Assembly (NCBI GenBank): GCA_028705565.1
Contig: JAQWDH010000003.1
Coordinates: forward strand, 9,371-73,370
Length of the DNA stretch: 64,000 nucleotides
Source of the DNA: Patescibacteria group bacterium
GTDB taxonomy: Bacteria; Patescibacteriota; Patescibacteriia; Magasanikbacterales; GWA2-37-8
Direction of reading: 5' to 3'
The notes beneath the pieces are model-generated. The model was not told where the DNA came from, ran no database searches, and worked only from the letters and a program-made list of their open reading frames with translations. The position numbers were made by a program, and so were the translations under genes. This document shows positions 27,620-35,675 of this stretch, piece by piece; positions within the stretch are counted from its first letter, which is position 1; each line of letters begins with the position of its first letter.

Positions 27620-27620
27620 A

Positions 27621-29087
27621 TTATTCGTTTATTATTGGTTTTAAGGTTGGAAATAAAATAACTTCTTTGACATTGTTTGAGTCGGTAAGAATTTTTACCA
27701 AACGGTCTATGCCCATTCCAAGCCCGGCTGTCGGAGGCATACCGTGCTTGAGCGCGGTTATAAAATCTTCATCATAAGGCATACTTTCCTCATCACCTGC
27801 TTCTTTTAATCTTTCTTGTTCCTTAAAACGCGTTTCTTGTTCTATCGGGTTGTTAAGTTCTGAAAAACCGTTGCAAAGTTCATTGCCCCCGGCGCAAAGC
27901 AATTGCAATCTTTCAACATATCTTTGGTCGTCTTTTTTGCGTTTTGCCAAAGGCGACAGTTCAACAGGATGGTCAATGACAAAAATTGGATTCGTGATTT
28001 TCGGACGGACGAATGTTTTATAAATCTCATCAATCAGTTTTCCTTTTCCGGTATTTTTATCAATGCCGTCTATTTTCATTTCCAATGCTTTTTTACAAAG
28101 CGTTTGTTGTTCAGCATAATCTTCAATATCAATTTTAGCGTATTTTTTAATCAATTCACGCATTGTTTTTCTCGGGTACGGCGGAGTAAAGTCCACATCA
28201 TTCTCCCCTATCTTAAATTTAAGTTCAAGCCCGACAGCTTTGATAAGTTTCGGCAACAGGTCTTCAATCAAATTCATCAAGTCCTCGTAATTCGCGTATG
28301 CCCAATAAAATTCAATTTGCGTGAATTCCGGATTGTGATTGTTGTCTATGCCTTCGTTGCGAAAACATTTCGCGATTTCATACACCTTTTCAAATCCTCC
28401 GACAATAAGCCGTTTAAGATAAAGTTCCGGCGCCACGCGCAGATATAGATCAATGTTTAAAGCGTTGTGATGAGTAGTAAACGGCTTTGCCAAAGCTCCG
28501 CCGTATAGAGTTTGTAAAATAGGGGTTTCAACTTCAAAAAAATCTTTCGCGTCAAAATAATCGCGAATTTCGCGTGTCAGCAAACTTCTTATTTTCGCCA
28601 CGCGCATTGAATCCTCGTTGGCAAGCAAATCCAAGTATCTTTTGCGATAACGAGTTTCTATATCTGAAAGCCCATGAAATTTTTCCGGCAACGGCAAAAG
28701 AGTTTTACTTAAAAGTTCGTATTTTTTTACAAGAATAGTAGTCTCGCCTTTGTGCGTAACGAAAATTTCTCCTTCGGTTTCCACAAAATCCCCCAAGTCA
28801 AAATTTTTAATAAAAAATTTGTAAGATTCTTTTCCCAATTCTTTTTCGGAAAAAGCAGACTGCAATTTACCGGATTCGTCTTTCAGATGGCAAAAACAAA
28901 GTTTACCCATTTCCCGTTTGGAGATTATGCGGCCGGCAGTTTTTACGACGGTTTTTTCATTGCTTTTTCTCGCTTCTTCCAAAGTATCCTTTCTTTTTGT
29001 TTTAGACGGGTATGGTTCAATCCCCGCGTTCTCAATTGTCCTTAAATGTTCCAGCCGCGCATCTTCTTCGTTGAATTGATTTGGCAT
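27621..29087 (-). CDS. lysS: lysyl-tRNA synthetase (class II)
   Basis: OB-fold anticodon-binding N-terminus and a class II catalytic core (..FRNEGIDNNHNPEFT.. motif 2, ..GMGIDRL.. motif 3). Confidence 0.9.
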   Translation of the reverse strand: MPNQFNEEDARLEHLRTIENAGIEPYPSKTKRKDTLEEARKSNEKTVVKTAGRIISKREMGKLCFCHLKDESGKLQSAFSEKELGKESYKFFIKNFDLGDFVETEGEIFVTHKGETTILVKKYELLSKTLLPLPEKFHGLSDIETRYRKRYLDLLANEDSMRVAKIRSLLTREIRDYFDAKDFFEVETPILQTLYGGALAKPFTTHHNALNIDLYLRVAPELYLKRLIVGGFEKVYEIAKCFRNEGIDNNHNPEFTQIEFYWAYANYEDLMNLIEDLLPKLIKAVGLELKFKIGENDVDFTPPYPRKTMRELIKKYAKIDIEDYAEQQTLCKKALEMKIDGIDKNTGKGKLIDEIYKTFVRPKITNPIFVIDHPVELSPLAKRKKDDQRYVERLQLLCAGGNELCNGFSELNNPIEQETRFKEQERLKEAGDEESMPYDEDFITALKHGMPPTAGLGMGIDRLVKILTDSNNVKEVILFPTLKPIINE

Positions 29088-29238
29088 ATTTTTAGTTAAA
29101 AATACTTTATGAATTATATCCTAAATAGCGCCATAAAGTCAAAACAAGATCGCCCACCCGCTAGACCGATGGACTACAAATGGTCTTGACAAAATCGTCA
29201 AAACATACTACGATTACCTATTCTCTTTGACAATAAAA

Positions 29239-29314
29239 TGTCATTGCGAGCGCAGTGAAGCAATCCCGTTGTGTTCAGAAATATTGAGATTGCCGCGCTG
29301 CGCTCGCAATGACA
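29239..29314. repeat. palindromic mini-element, copy A: two inverted 27-nt units (TGTCATTGCGAGCGCAGTGAAGCAATCC / its near-identical reverse complement) separated by 20 nt
   Basis: Seen directly. Each unit is itself a hairpin (ATTGC..GCAAT). Same family as 30459..30505 and 48911..49015. Confidence 0.7.
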
Positions 29315-29380
29315 AATTTAAAATCCGCCTTTGCTAAAATTATGGCGTGCAAATCCGCGAAAGCGGATAAAGGAGAAAAA

Positions 29381-29902
29381 ATGAAGAATAAAAATATTGA
29401 TTTGTTAATTGAATGGTATGTAAAAGAAGACGAGAGAAAGAAAAAAAGAAGAAATAATATATTAACAACATCGCTGTTGTTAATTGTAATGAGTGGTATT
29501 GCTTTTTTTTCTTTTTTTTCCGGTTATAATGCCGGAGTTGAGAACGGAGTTAAGATGGCGTTTTCTCCATTTTACTTCAAAGGGCTGAATGCTGGACGCG
29601 GGATGCCGAGAAGTATTTCCGCAGTTCATCACAGTGGAAGGTATAAAATAATATGGGCAATCTCCGTTGTAGACGGAGACGGAGAAAAAAAATATTTTTT
29701 ATTAGAAAAAGAAAGGTTTAGAATTTTTTTCCAGTTAAATAATGAGGAGGCAAAAAAAATTTCCGACTTCAGCGCCGGAATGTCGGAAATTTATATTGAA
29801 AATGGTAAAATTAAAAATATATTTTTTGATTTTACCATTTGTAATTTTTTTCGCCTTTCCGATGGCGAGAAAAAAGTTTTTCAATATTGCCGGTCGGAAT
29901 GA
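29381..29902 (+). CDS. hypothetical membrane protein (about 173 aa; the start is chosen after the repeat element, while the longest ORF starts at 29309 inside the element)
   Basis: SD AAAGGAG 7 nt upstream of the ATG at 29381. One TM helix (LLLIVMSGIAFFSFF). Confidence 0.5.
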   Translation: MKNKNIDLLIEWYVKEDERKKKRRNNILTTSLLLIVMSGIAFFSFFSGYNAGVENGVKMAFSPFYFKGLNAGRGMPRSISAVHHSGRYKIIWAISVVDGDGEKKYFLLEKERFRIFFQLNNEEAKKISDFSAGMSEIYIENGKIKNIFFDFTICNFFRLSDGEKKVFQYCRSE

Positions 29903-29907
29903 ATATA

Positions 29908-29940
29908 AAAGCGGGTTTGCAACCCGCTCTTTTTTTATTT
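29908..29940. terminator. rho-independent terminator between the convergent hypothetical gene and greA (likely bidirectional)
   Basis: Hairpin AGCGGGTT-tgca-AACCCGCT followed by CTTTTTTTATTT, with an A-run on the other side. Confidence 0.7.
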
Positions 29941-29942
29941 GT

Positions 29943-30404
29943 TTAATTAATTTCAATTATCTCGTATGTTTGCTTGCCGGCGGGGACGACTACTTCCATT
30001 TTATCGTCTTTTTTACGCCCCAAAAAAGCCCTTCCAAGAGGCGATTCGTTAGAAATAAGACCTTTTAACGGGTTCGCTTCTTGCGCGCCAACAATCGTGT
30101 ATTCTTTTTTATTACCATTGACTTTAACAGTAGCGGTACTACCAATACTTATTTTATCTTTGCCGTTTTTCGGTTCATCCATCACTTTCGCGTTTTCCAA
30201 AATACGGTCCAATTCCAACAGGCGCGTTTTCGCCCAGGACATATCCTCTCGCGCTTGGTGGTATTCGGCGTTTTCCGAAAGGTCTCCCTGCTGTTTGGCA
30301 TCGTCAATGCGGTTGGCGATTTCCGGAATTTTATTTGTTTTCAATTCATCGTATTCTTTTTTTAATTCCGTAAAACCGCTCGGCGTTAAGTATTGAATAG
30401 ACAT
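29943..30404 (-). CDS. greA: transcription elongation factor GreA
   Basis: N-terminal coiled coil (..LTPSGFTELKKEYDELK..DLSENAEYHQAREDMSWAKTRLLEL..) and a C-terminal FKBP-like domain. Confidence 0.85.
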   Translation of the reverse strand: MSIQYLTPSGFTELKKEYDELKTNKIPEIANRIDDAKQQGDLSENAEYHQAREDMSWAKTRLLELDRILENAKVMDEPKNGKDKISIGSTATVKVNGNKKEYTIVGAQEANPLKGLISNESPLGRAFLGRKKDDKMEVVVPAGKQTYEIIEIN

Positions 30405-30458
30405 AAAAAATTAAAATAGAAATTAACTCACTGGAGGATATCTGTCGGTTGTTATTTT

Positions 30459-30505
30459 GCCAATTGGACAGAGATTCTTCGCTTTGCTCAGAATGACAAT
30501 TGGCG
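30459..30505. repeat. palindromic mini-element, copy B: a single unit (reverse complement TGTCATTCTGAGCAAAGCGAAGAATCTC) flanked by an 8-bp inverted repeat GCCAATTG/CAATTGGC
   Basis: Seen directly. The stem bases differ from copy A (ATTCT/AGAAT versus ATTGC/GCAAT) but remain complementary. Confidence 0.6.
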
Positions 30506-30550
30506 AAATCCCAAATGAATTCAATAGGATTTAATTTTATCAATATTTTT

Positions 30551-32527
30551 TTATCTTGGCAAATATTTTTTTCCCCACCATGCCAAAAAATCTCTGGCTA
30601 TCGGCATGGAGGCGACGCTTCCCTCCCCGCCCTCTTCCACCAAAATAGTAACGACTATTTGCGGGTCATTATACGGAGCGAACGATGTGAACCACGCGTG
30701 CGTGCTTTTTTTGGAATTCCATTGGGCCGTGCCGGTTTTGCCGGCTGCCATAAACGGCAATGTTTGCAAAAGCTGGCAACTGCCATAAGTTACGCATTCC
30801 CTCATACCTTGCCGCACAACCGCCAAATTTTCCTGTGAAACGAAATTTTCTCGGATTATTTTTGGTTTTATTTTTTCTTCCGTTTGAGTTATCGGGTCAA
30901 TAAATTTATTTCCCAAACGCGGGCTGAATATTTTTCCTCCGTTCGCTATGGCGGATGTCCACACCGCCGCCTGTATCGGAGTAACTGACAAATCCCCCTG
31001 CCCGATTGATAAATTATAAGTATCGCCTATATACCATTGTTCGTTTTTTGTTTCTTCTTTCCATTCTTCGGAAGGCAAAAAACCCTCGCTCTCGCCGGGC
31101 AAGTCAATGTCTGTTTTTTGCGCGAGGTTGAAATCGCGCAAATATTTTAAAAGTCGCGCGAGTCCGAGCCCGTCAAAATTTTTATATCCTCCGCCAACAT
31201 AGAAAAAAAATGTGTTCACCGACCACGCGAGGGCTTTTGTGACATTTGTGGCGCCGTGTCCTCCAACTTTCCAATCAGGAAAAAACCAATCGCCTATTTG
31301 CAGACCGCCTACGCTCATTATGGTTTGTCGCGGTGTGATTATTTTTTCTTCCAGCGCAGCCGCGGCTATAACAGGTTTGACGATTGAACCTGATGGGTAT
31401 GTTCCTGAGATGGCCCTGTTAAAAAGCGGATTATTTTCATCTTTTAAATACGCGTCATAATCTTTTTGAGTTATGCCTCCGGCAAAAAGATTGCTGTCAA
31501 AAGTCGGCCAGCTAACCATAGCCAAAACAGAACCGTCGCGAGGGTCCATCGCTATGGCCGCGGACTTTTTTTTACCGTTTTTCGCGAATGAGTTTTTTAT
31601 CAGTTCTTCCAATTTATTTTGCGCTTCCAAATCAATTGACAAATAAAGATTTTTGCCGGGTGTCGGAGGGTCCTCTGCCAAAACGCTTTGTTCGTGTCCG
31701 AGCGCGTCCACTTCTATTTTTTTCATTCCGTAAGTTCCTCTTAATTCTTTTTCGTAAAATTTTTCCAAACCGATTTTGCCGATATTGTCGGAAATAAGAT
31801 ATCCGCTGTTTTTTAATTCTTCCAGTTCGCTCTCGTTTAACTTTCCCAGATATCCGAGCAAATGCGAAAAACTTAGTCCGCCAATCGCGTTGTCTCCTAT
31901 CAAATATTGCCTTTTTGTGCTTTTACCGATATAAATACCGGGCAAGTCTGCGTTTTGGATATAAAGAGTTATTGCCGTGTTATAATCCAGATTGTCTTTG
32001 ATAAGCAATGATTCGTAATTGTAAAATTTGTATTTTTCCAATAAATTATCAAGATTTTCTTCCGTAATTCCGCTTACTTCTGATATTTTCGCGATTACTT
32101 TTTTTCTTTTTTCTTCGTCAACCGGCAAATCCTGAGGCACGATGGCTAGAATAAAATTCGGAACATTTTGGGTAAGCTCATTGCCAAAACGGTCATAAAT
32201 TATTCCTCTTGCCGCCGATATGGGTTTTAACCTAACGCGATTATTTTCCGCGAGACCGAAATAATAATTTCCGCGCCAAAGTTGAAGGTAAGACACTTTG
32301 AAAAAAATTAAAAAAACGCCTAAAACTATAATTATCACGAGGAAAAAAATTTTGCTTTCTTTTACGCTCGTGCCAAGATAATTTTTTGTTCCGGACGAAG
32401 CCGTTTGTTTTCCGAAAGATTTTTCAAACGCAAAGGATTCTTCCACCCAAGATTTTTTATATTTGCCGTCCAAATCTCTTTTTTCCAAAACGCGGTCATC
32501 AAGAAAAATTTTATTTTTTTCTTCCAT
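30551..32527 (-). CDS. mrdA: penicillin-binding protein 2 (class B transpeptidase, elongasome)
   Basis: N-terminal TM and dimerisation domain. Transpeptidase SxxK (GSIVKP), SxN and KTGT(A) motifs. Lies immediately upstream of mreD-mreC-mreB. Confidence 0.8.
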   Translation of the reverse strand: MEEKNKIFLDDRVLEKRDLDGKYKKSWVEESFAFEKSFGKQTASSGTKNYLGTSVKESKIFFLVIIIVLGVFLIFFKVSYLQLWRGNYYFGLAENNRVRLKPISAARGIIYDRFGNELTQNVPNFILAIVPQDLPVDEEKRKKVIAKISEVSGITEENLDNLLEKYKFYNYESLLIKDNLDYNTAITLYIQNADLPGIYIGKSTKRQYLIGDNAIGGLSFSHLLGYLGKLNESELEELKNSGYLISDNIGKIGLEKFYEKELRGTYGMKKIEVDALGHEQSVLAEDPPTPGKNLYLSIDLEAQNKLEELIKNSFAKNGKKKSAAIAMDPRDGSVLAMVSWPTFDSNLFAGGITQKDYDAYLKDENNPLFNRAISGTYPSGSIVKPVIAAAALEEKIITPRQTIMSVGGLQIGDWFFPDWKVGGHGATNVTKALAWSVNTFFFYVGGGYKNFDGLGLARLLKYLRDFNLAQKTDIDLPGESEGFLPSEEWKEETKNEQWYIGDTYNLSIGQGDLSVTPIQAAVWTSAIANGGKIFSPRLGNKFIDPITQTEEKIKPKIIRENFVSQENLAVVRQGMRECVTYGSCQLLQTLPFMAAGKTGTAQWNSKKSTHAWFTSFAPYNDPQIVVTILVEEGGEGSVASMPIARDFLAWWGKKYLPR

Positions 32528-32530
32528 AAA

Positions 32531-33079
32531 TTATTTTTTTTCGTTTTTGTATATATAAGAAGGATTAAAACGCCGGTTGAATTTTAAAAGCAGAACATAA
32601 ATCGTCGTGATAAACAACGAGGTGAACGATATCTCCCACGCGGATTCTTTAAAAAAGTCTCCCACCGGCCATAAAAAATCTTTTTTTTGCGCGACGTTTA
32701 TCGCGTTGGAAAAAAGAAAGTAAAAAACATGAAAAAGTATCATTCCCAAAGTTGAAGAAAGCAACACGACAAAACCCGAGTGCGAAGTAAAAAATTTAAA
32801 GAGAAGAAAACCGACTATCAATAAACTGAAAAAAAACGCAAGCGAACCCGCAGCGAAAAAAGAAGAAGAAAACGACTCAAGAATTAAAGAAATCGGTATG
32901 ATGAGCCATATTGTTTTCACGACAGTTGTAAAAATAAACAATAAAAAAAGAAAAACAAAAATAAAATTTATGAGATTGAACGGATAAGGAAAAAAATCAA
33001 TTATAAAAAACTGGACAATCACAACCAATTCGCAAATAATAAGCCAAAAAACAAAGCGCAAAACCGCTTTCATAGTCAA
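32531..33079 (-). CDS. mreD: rod shape-determining protein MreD (polytopic membrane protein)
   Basis: Small, very hydrophobic 5-TM protein in the conserved position between mreC and the PBP2 gene. Confidence 0.55.
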   Translation of the reverse strand: MTMKAVLRFVFWLIICELVVIVQFFIIDFFPYPFNLINFIFVFLFLLFIFTTVVKTIWLIIPISLILESFSSSFFAAGSLAFFFSLLIVGFLLFKFFTSHSGFVVLLSSTLGMILFHVFYFLFSNAINVAQKKDFLWPVGDFFKESAWEISFTSLFITTIYVLLLKFNRRFNPSYIYKNEKK

Positions 33080-33083
33080 ATAG

Positions 33084-33887
33084 TCAATTAGTTAAAAGCA
33101 CGCTTACAAGATAAATTTTTGACAGGTCCGCGGATGGCACGATAATCGCTTGTTGAAACGGCTGATACAGTTCATTTTTTACGGCCGCGATAGCCCCTAT
33201 CAAAAGTCCTTTTGGAATTTCATTTTCCATGCCTGAAGTGACAATTTTATCACCGTTTAAAATCGTTTCGTTTCGCGGAATAAAGTTCATATGAACGCTT
33301 AGCCCATAGCCACCCTCCACGACGCCCAAACTCCCGTCTTTATTTAACGCGACTGCGGCAATTTTACTTTGATTATCGTTTATCAGACGCACAGAAGAAA
33401 TTTCCGCGTCAACTTTTATGATTTTTCCGATTAAAATTCCGTCGCCTGTTATTACCGGCTGATTTACTTTTATTCCTTTTTCAATTCCGGCGTTGATGAT
33501 TAAAATTTTTTCCGCATTTTCAATTCCTTTTCCAATCACATAAGCCCCAACGGATTGTATGGATTTTTTTTCTTTAAAATTTAATTGTTTTTCCAATTCA
33601 ATTTTTTCATTTTCCAAAATTAAAACTTTTGATTCAAGGAATTTTTTACTTTGCGATTCTGACAGACATTGACTGTAATTTTTAAAAAATTCGTCATTGC
33701 CGCTGAAATAAGAATACGCATTTTTGATTTGATTTCCGGATTTATGCAAAAAAGATGAAACAGGCACAACAACCGTCCTCAATCCCCTCCTGACAAAATC
33801 AAGCCACCCGAAAAAATGAAAAAAAATCAGCATAATAAATACTGACAAAAAAAAGACCACCTTCTTTTTATTATTGATTCCTGTCAT
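33084..33887 (-). CDS. mreC: rod shape-determining protein MreC
   Basis: N-terminal TM, a coiled coil, and a beta-rich C-terminal domain (..ITGDGILIGKIIKVDAEISSVRLINDNQS..). Lies downstream of mreB. Confidence 0.7.
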   Translation of the reverse strand: MTGINNKKKVVFFLSVFIMLIFFHFFGWLDFVRRGLRTVVVPVSSFLHKSGNQIKNAYSYFSGNDEFFKNYSQCLSESQSKKFLESKVLILENEKIELEKQLNFKEKKSIQSVGAYVIGKGIENAEKILIINAGIEKGIKVNQPVITGDGILIGKIIKVDAEISSVRLINDNQSKIAAVALNKDGSLGVVEGGYGLSVHMNFIPRNETILNGDKIVTSGMENEIPKGLLIGAIAAVKNELYQPFQQAIIVPSADLSKIYLVSVLLTN

Positions 33888-33891
33888 AATT

Positions 33892-34932
33892 TTACGCTTT
33901 TTCTAATTTTTCGCTTACTTCATCGTTTAATTCTTGATCGTCAAGCAACATTCCCAATCCGCGAACCACGCCTGTGAGAGGGTCGTCGGCCACGCGCACA
34001 GGAATTTGCAGAGCTCTGGCGACAAGCGAAGAAAATCCGCGCAGAAGCGAACTTCCGCCGGAAAGAAGTATGCCCCTTTCATGAATATCAGCCACCAACT
34101 CCGGAGGCGTATTTTCCAAAACATTTTTTATATTATCAACTATTACACGCAGAGATTTTAACATCGCTTCTCTTATCTGCGAGTCGTTAATCATAATTTC
34201 TCTTGGCAAACCGGTCACCACGTCGCGTCCGCGCATTGGAAACTGCAGCTCTTCGGCAAGTTCCATCGCTGAACCGATTTTTATCTTAATTTCTTCCGCT
34301 TGTTTTTCTCCCAAAAATAAATTACAAGAATCGCGAGCGAATTGTATTATATTACGATTGAGTTCGTCTCCCGCGACCTTGGAAGATTTCCATGTAACCA
34401 CCCCGCTTAAAGATATAACGGCTATTTCGCATGTGCCGCCACCCATTTCCACGATTAAATTTCCAACCGGCTCTCTCACTGGCATACGGGAGCCGATTGC
34501 CGCCGCCATAGCTTCTTTAACCACCAACACCTCTCCTGCGCCGGCGTTTAAAACCGCGTCAGAAATTGCTTTTGTTTCAACTTCCGTTATTTCTAACGGC
34601 GCGCCGATAATCACGCGAGGTCGTGATAAAAATTTATTTCTTCCTTCGGTAGTTTTATCCAAAAAATAACGCAACATTTTTTCAGTCACTTCAAAATCCG
34701 AAATAATCCCCGATACCAAAGGTTTGCTGGTTAAAATATGCGGGGGTGTTTTTCCAAGCATTTCTTTTGCTTCGTTGCCAACCGCCAATATCTGTTCGGT
34801 TCGCGTATTTACGGCCACAACGGTTGGTTCATTAATGACAATGCCGCGTCCCTTGTTGTATATCAAAGTGTTGGCAGTGCCGAGGTCTATACCCAGCTCG
34901 CTTCTGAATTTGCTGAAAAAATTTTTAAACAT
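33892..34932 (-). CDS. mreB: rod shape-determining protein MreB (actin homolog)
   Basis: Actin-fold motifs ..GIDLGTANTLIY.. (phosphate 1) and ..EPVGNLIVEMGGGTCEIAVISL.. Confidence 0.9.
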   Translation of the reverse strand: MFKNFFSKFRSELGIDLGTANTLIYNKGRGIVINEPTVVAVNTRTEQILAVGNEAKEMLGKTPPHILTSKPLVSGIISDFEVTEKMLRYFLDKTTEGRNKFLSRPRVIIGAPLEITEVETKAISDAVLNAGAGEVLVVKEAMAAAIGSRMPVREPVGNLIVEMGGGTCEIAVISLSGVVTWKSSKVAGDELNRNIIQFARDSCNLFLGEKQAEEIKIKIGSAMELAEELQFPMRGRDVVTGLPREIMINDSQIREAMLKSLRVIVDNIKNVLENTPPELVADIHERGILLSGGSSLLRGFSSLVARALQIPVRVADDPLTGVVRGLGMLLDDQELNDEVSEKLEKA

Positions 34933-35332
34933 AAATTTTCGGGGATGTTTGGTTTTTCGGTAAAACGCTGTAAACGATTCCTTCCAAAACGAAAAATAAA
35001 AGAAAAAGCAGAATAGCCGACCACCAAACGAATATTTTTAATTGTAAAAACAATAAAGACAAGACTGCGATTACGCCAAAAATCGCTCCTTGATAAAAAA
35101 TTCTTTTTATCCTTTTATAAGGCAGCTCCTCGCTTCGGGAAAATTTTTCATTTAAAATTCCGCCAACCGCCGCGAAAGCGCTTGTGAGAGCGAAAAAAAG
35201 AGCGGCGTAAAATAATATAAATCCGAGAGTCCCTGCTTCCTTTGGGTCAAAACTGATTATAACAAAAAACCAGGCAATCCAGCAGATGATTGAACTCGCA
35301 AGCATTAAAGCTAAGTATGAACGAAGAGTCAT
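34925..35332 (-). CDS. hypothetical membrane protein (4 TM)
   Basis: ORF plus hydrophobicity; overlaps the mreB start by 8 nt. Confidence 0.45.
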   Translation of the reverse strand: MTLRSYLALMLASSIICWIAWFFVIISFDPKEAGTLGFILFYAALFFALTSAFAAVGGILNEKFSRSEELPYKRIKRIFYQGAIFGVIAVLSLLFLQLKIFVWWSAILLFLLFFVLEGIVYSVLPKNQTSPKIYV

Positions 35333-35381
35333 AGTATTTATAGTTTAGCGGTTTTATCGTTTTTTGGCAATGGTCCGCGGA

Positions 35382-35672
35382 TTAAGACATGTATTTTATT
35401 TTTTTTACTTTTTCGGGACTGATTTTTTTGTTTATTAAAGCCACAATCATCAGTTCGTTCAATTTGATTTCTTGCGCCACGACCGAACTTAAACAGGCAA
35501 TTGCCAAAACACAATCTTTGCAATAAATCGCCCGCGCGTATTTTTTTATGTCATCGCTAAAAAATTCCCGCAAGGAATCATTCGCTTTTTCAACAATCAT
35601 GGCCGCGTTGACGCTTCTTATCATCGGGGACGCGGCGGATTTGGCTTTTAAAATTTCAAATAAAGAGTCCAT
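35382..35672 (-). CDS. small DciA/DUF721-like protein (tentative)
   Basis: About 96 aa with the pattern ..AAMIVEKANDSL..AIYCKDCVLAIACLSSVVAQEIKLNELMIVALINKK.., reminiscent of DUF721 proteins. The assignment is weak. Confidence 0.3.
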   Translation of the reverse strand: MDSLFEILKAKSAASPMIRSVNAAMIVEKANDSLREFFSDDIKKYARAIYCKDCVLAIACLSSVVAQEIKLNELMIVALINKKISPEKVKKIKYMS

Positions 35673-35675
35673 AAA

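Noticed and set aside
29030-29060. tRNA-like T-loop string GGTTCAATCCCC
   Set aside because: It lies inside the lysS coding sequence, and no acceptor or anticodon arms can be folded around it.
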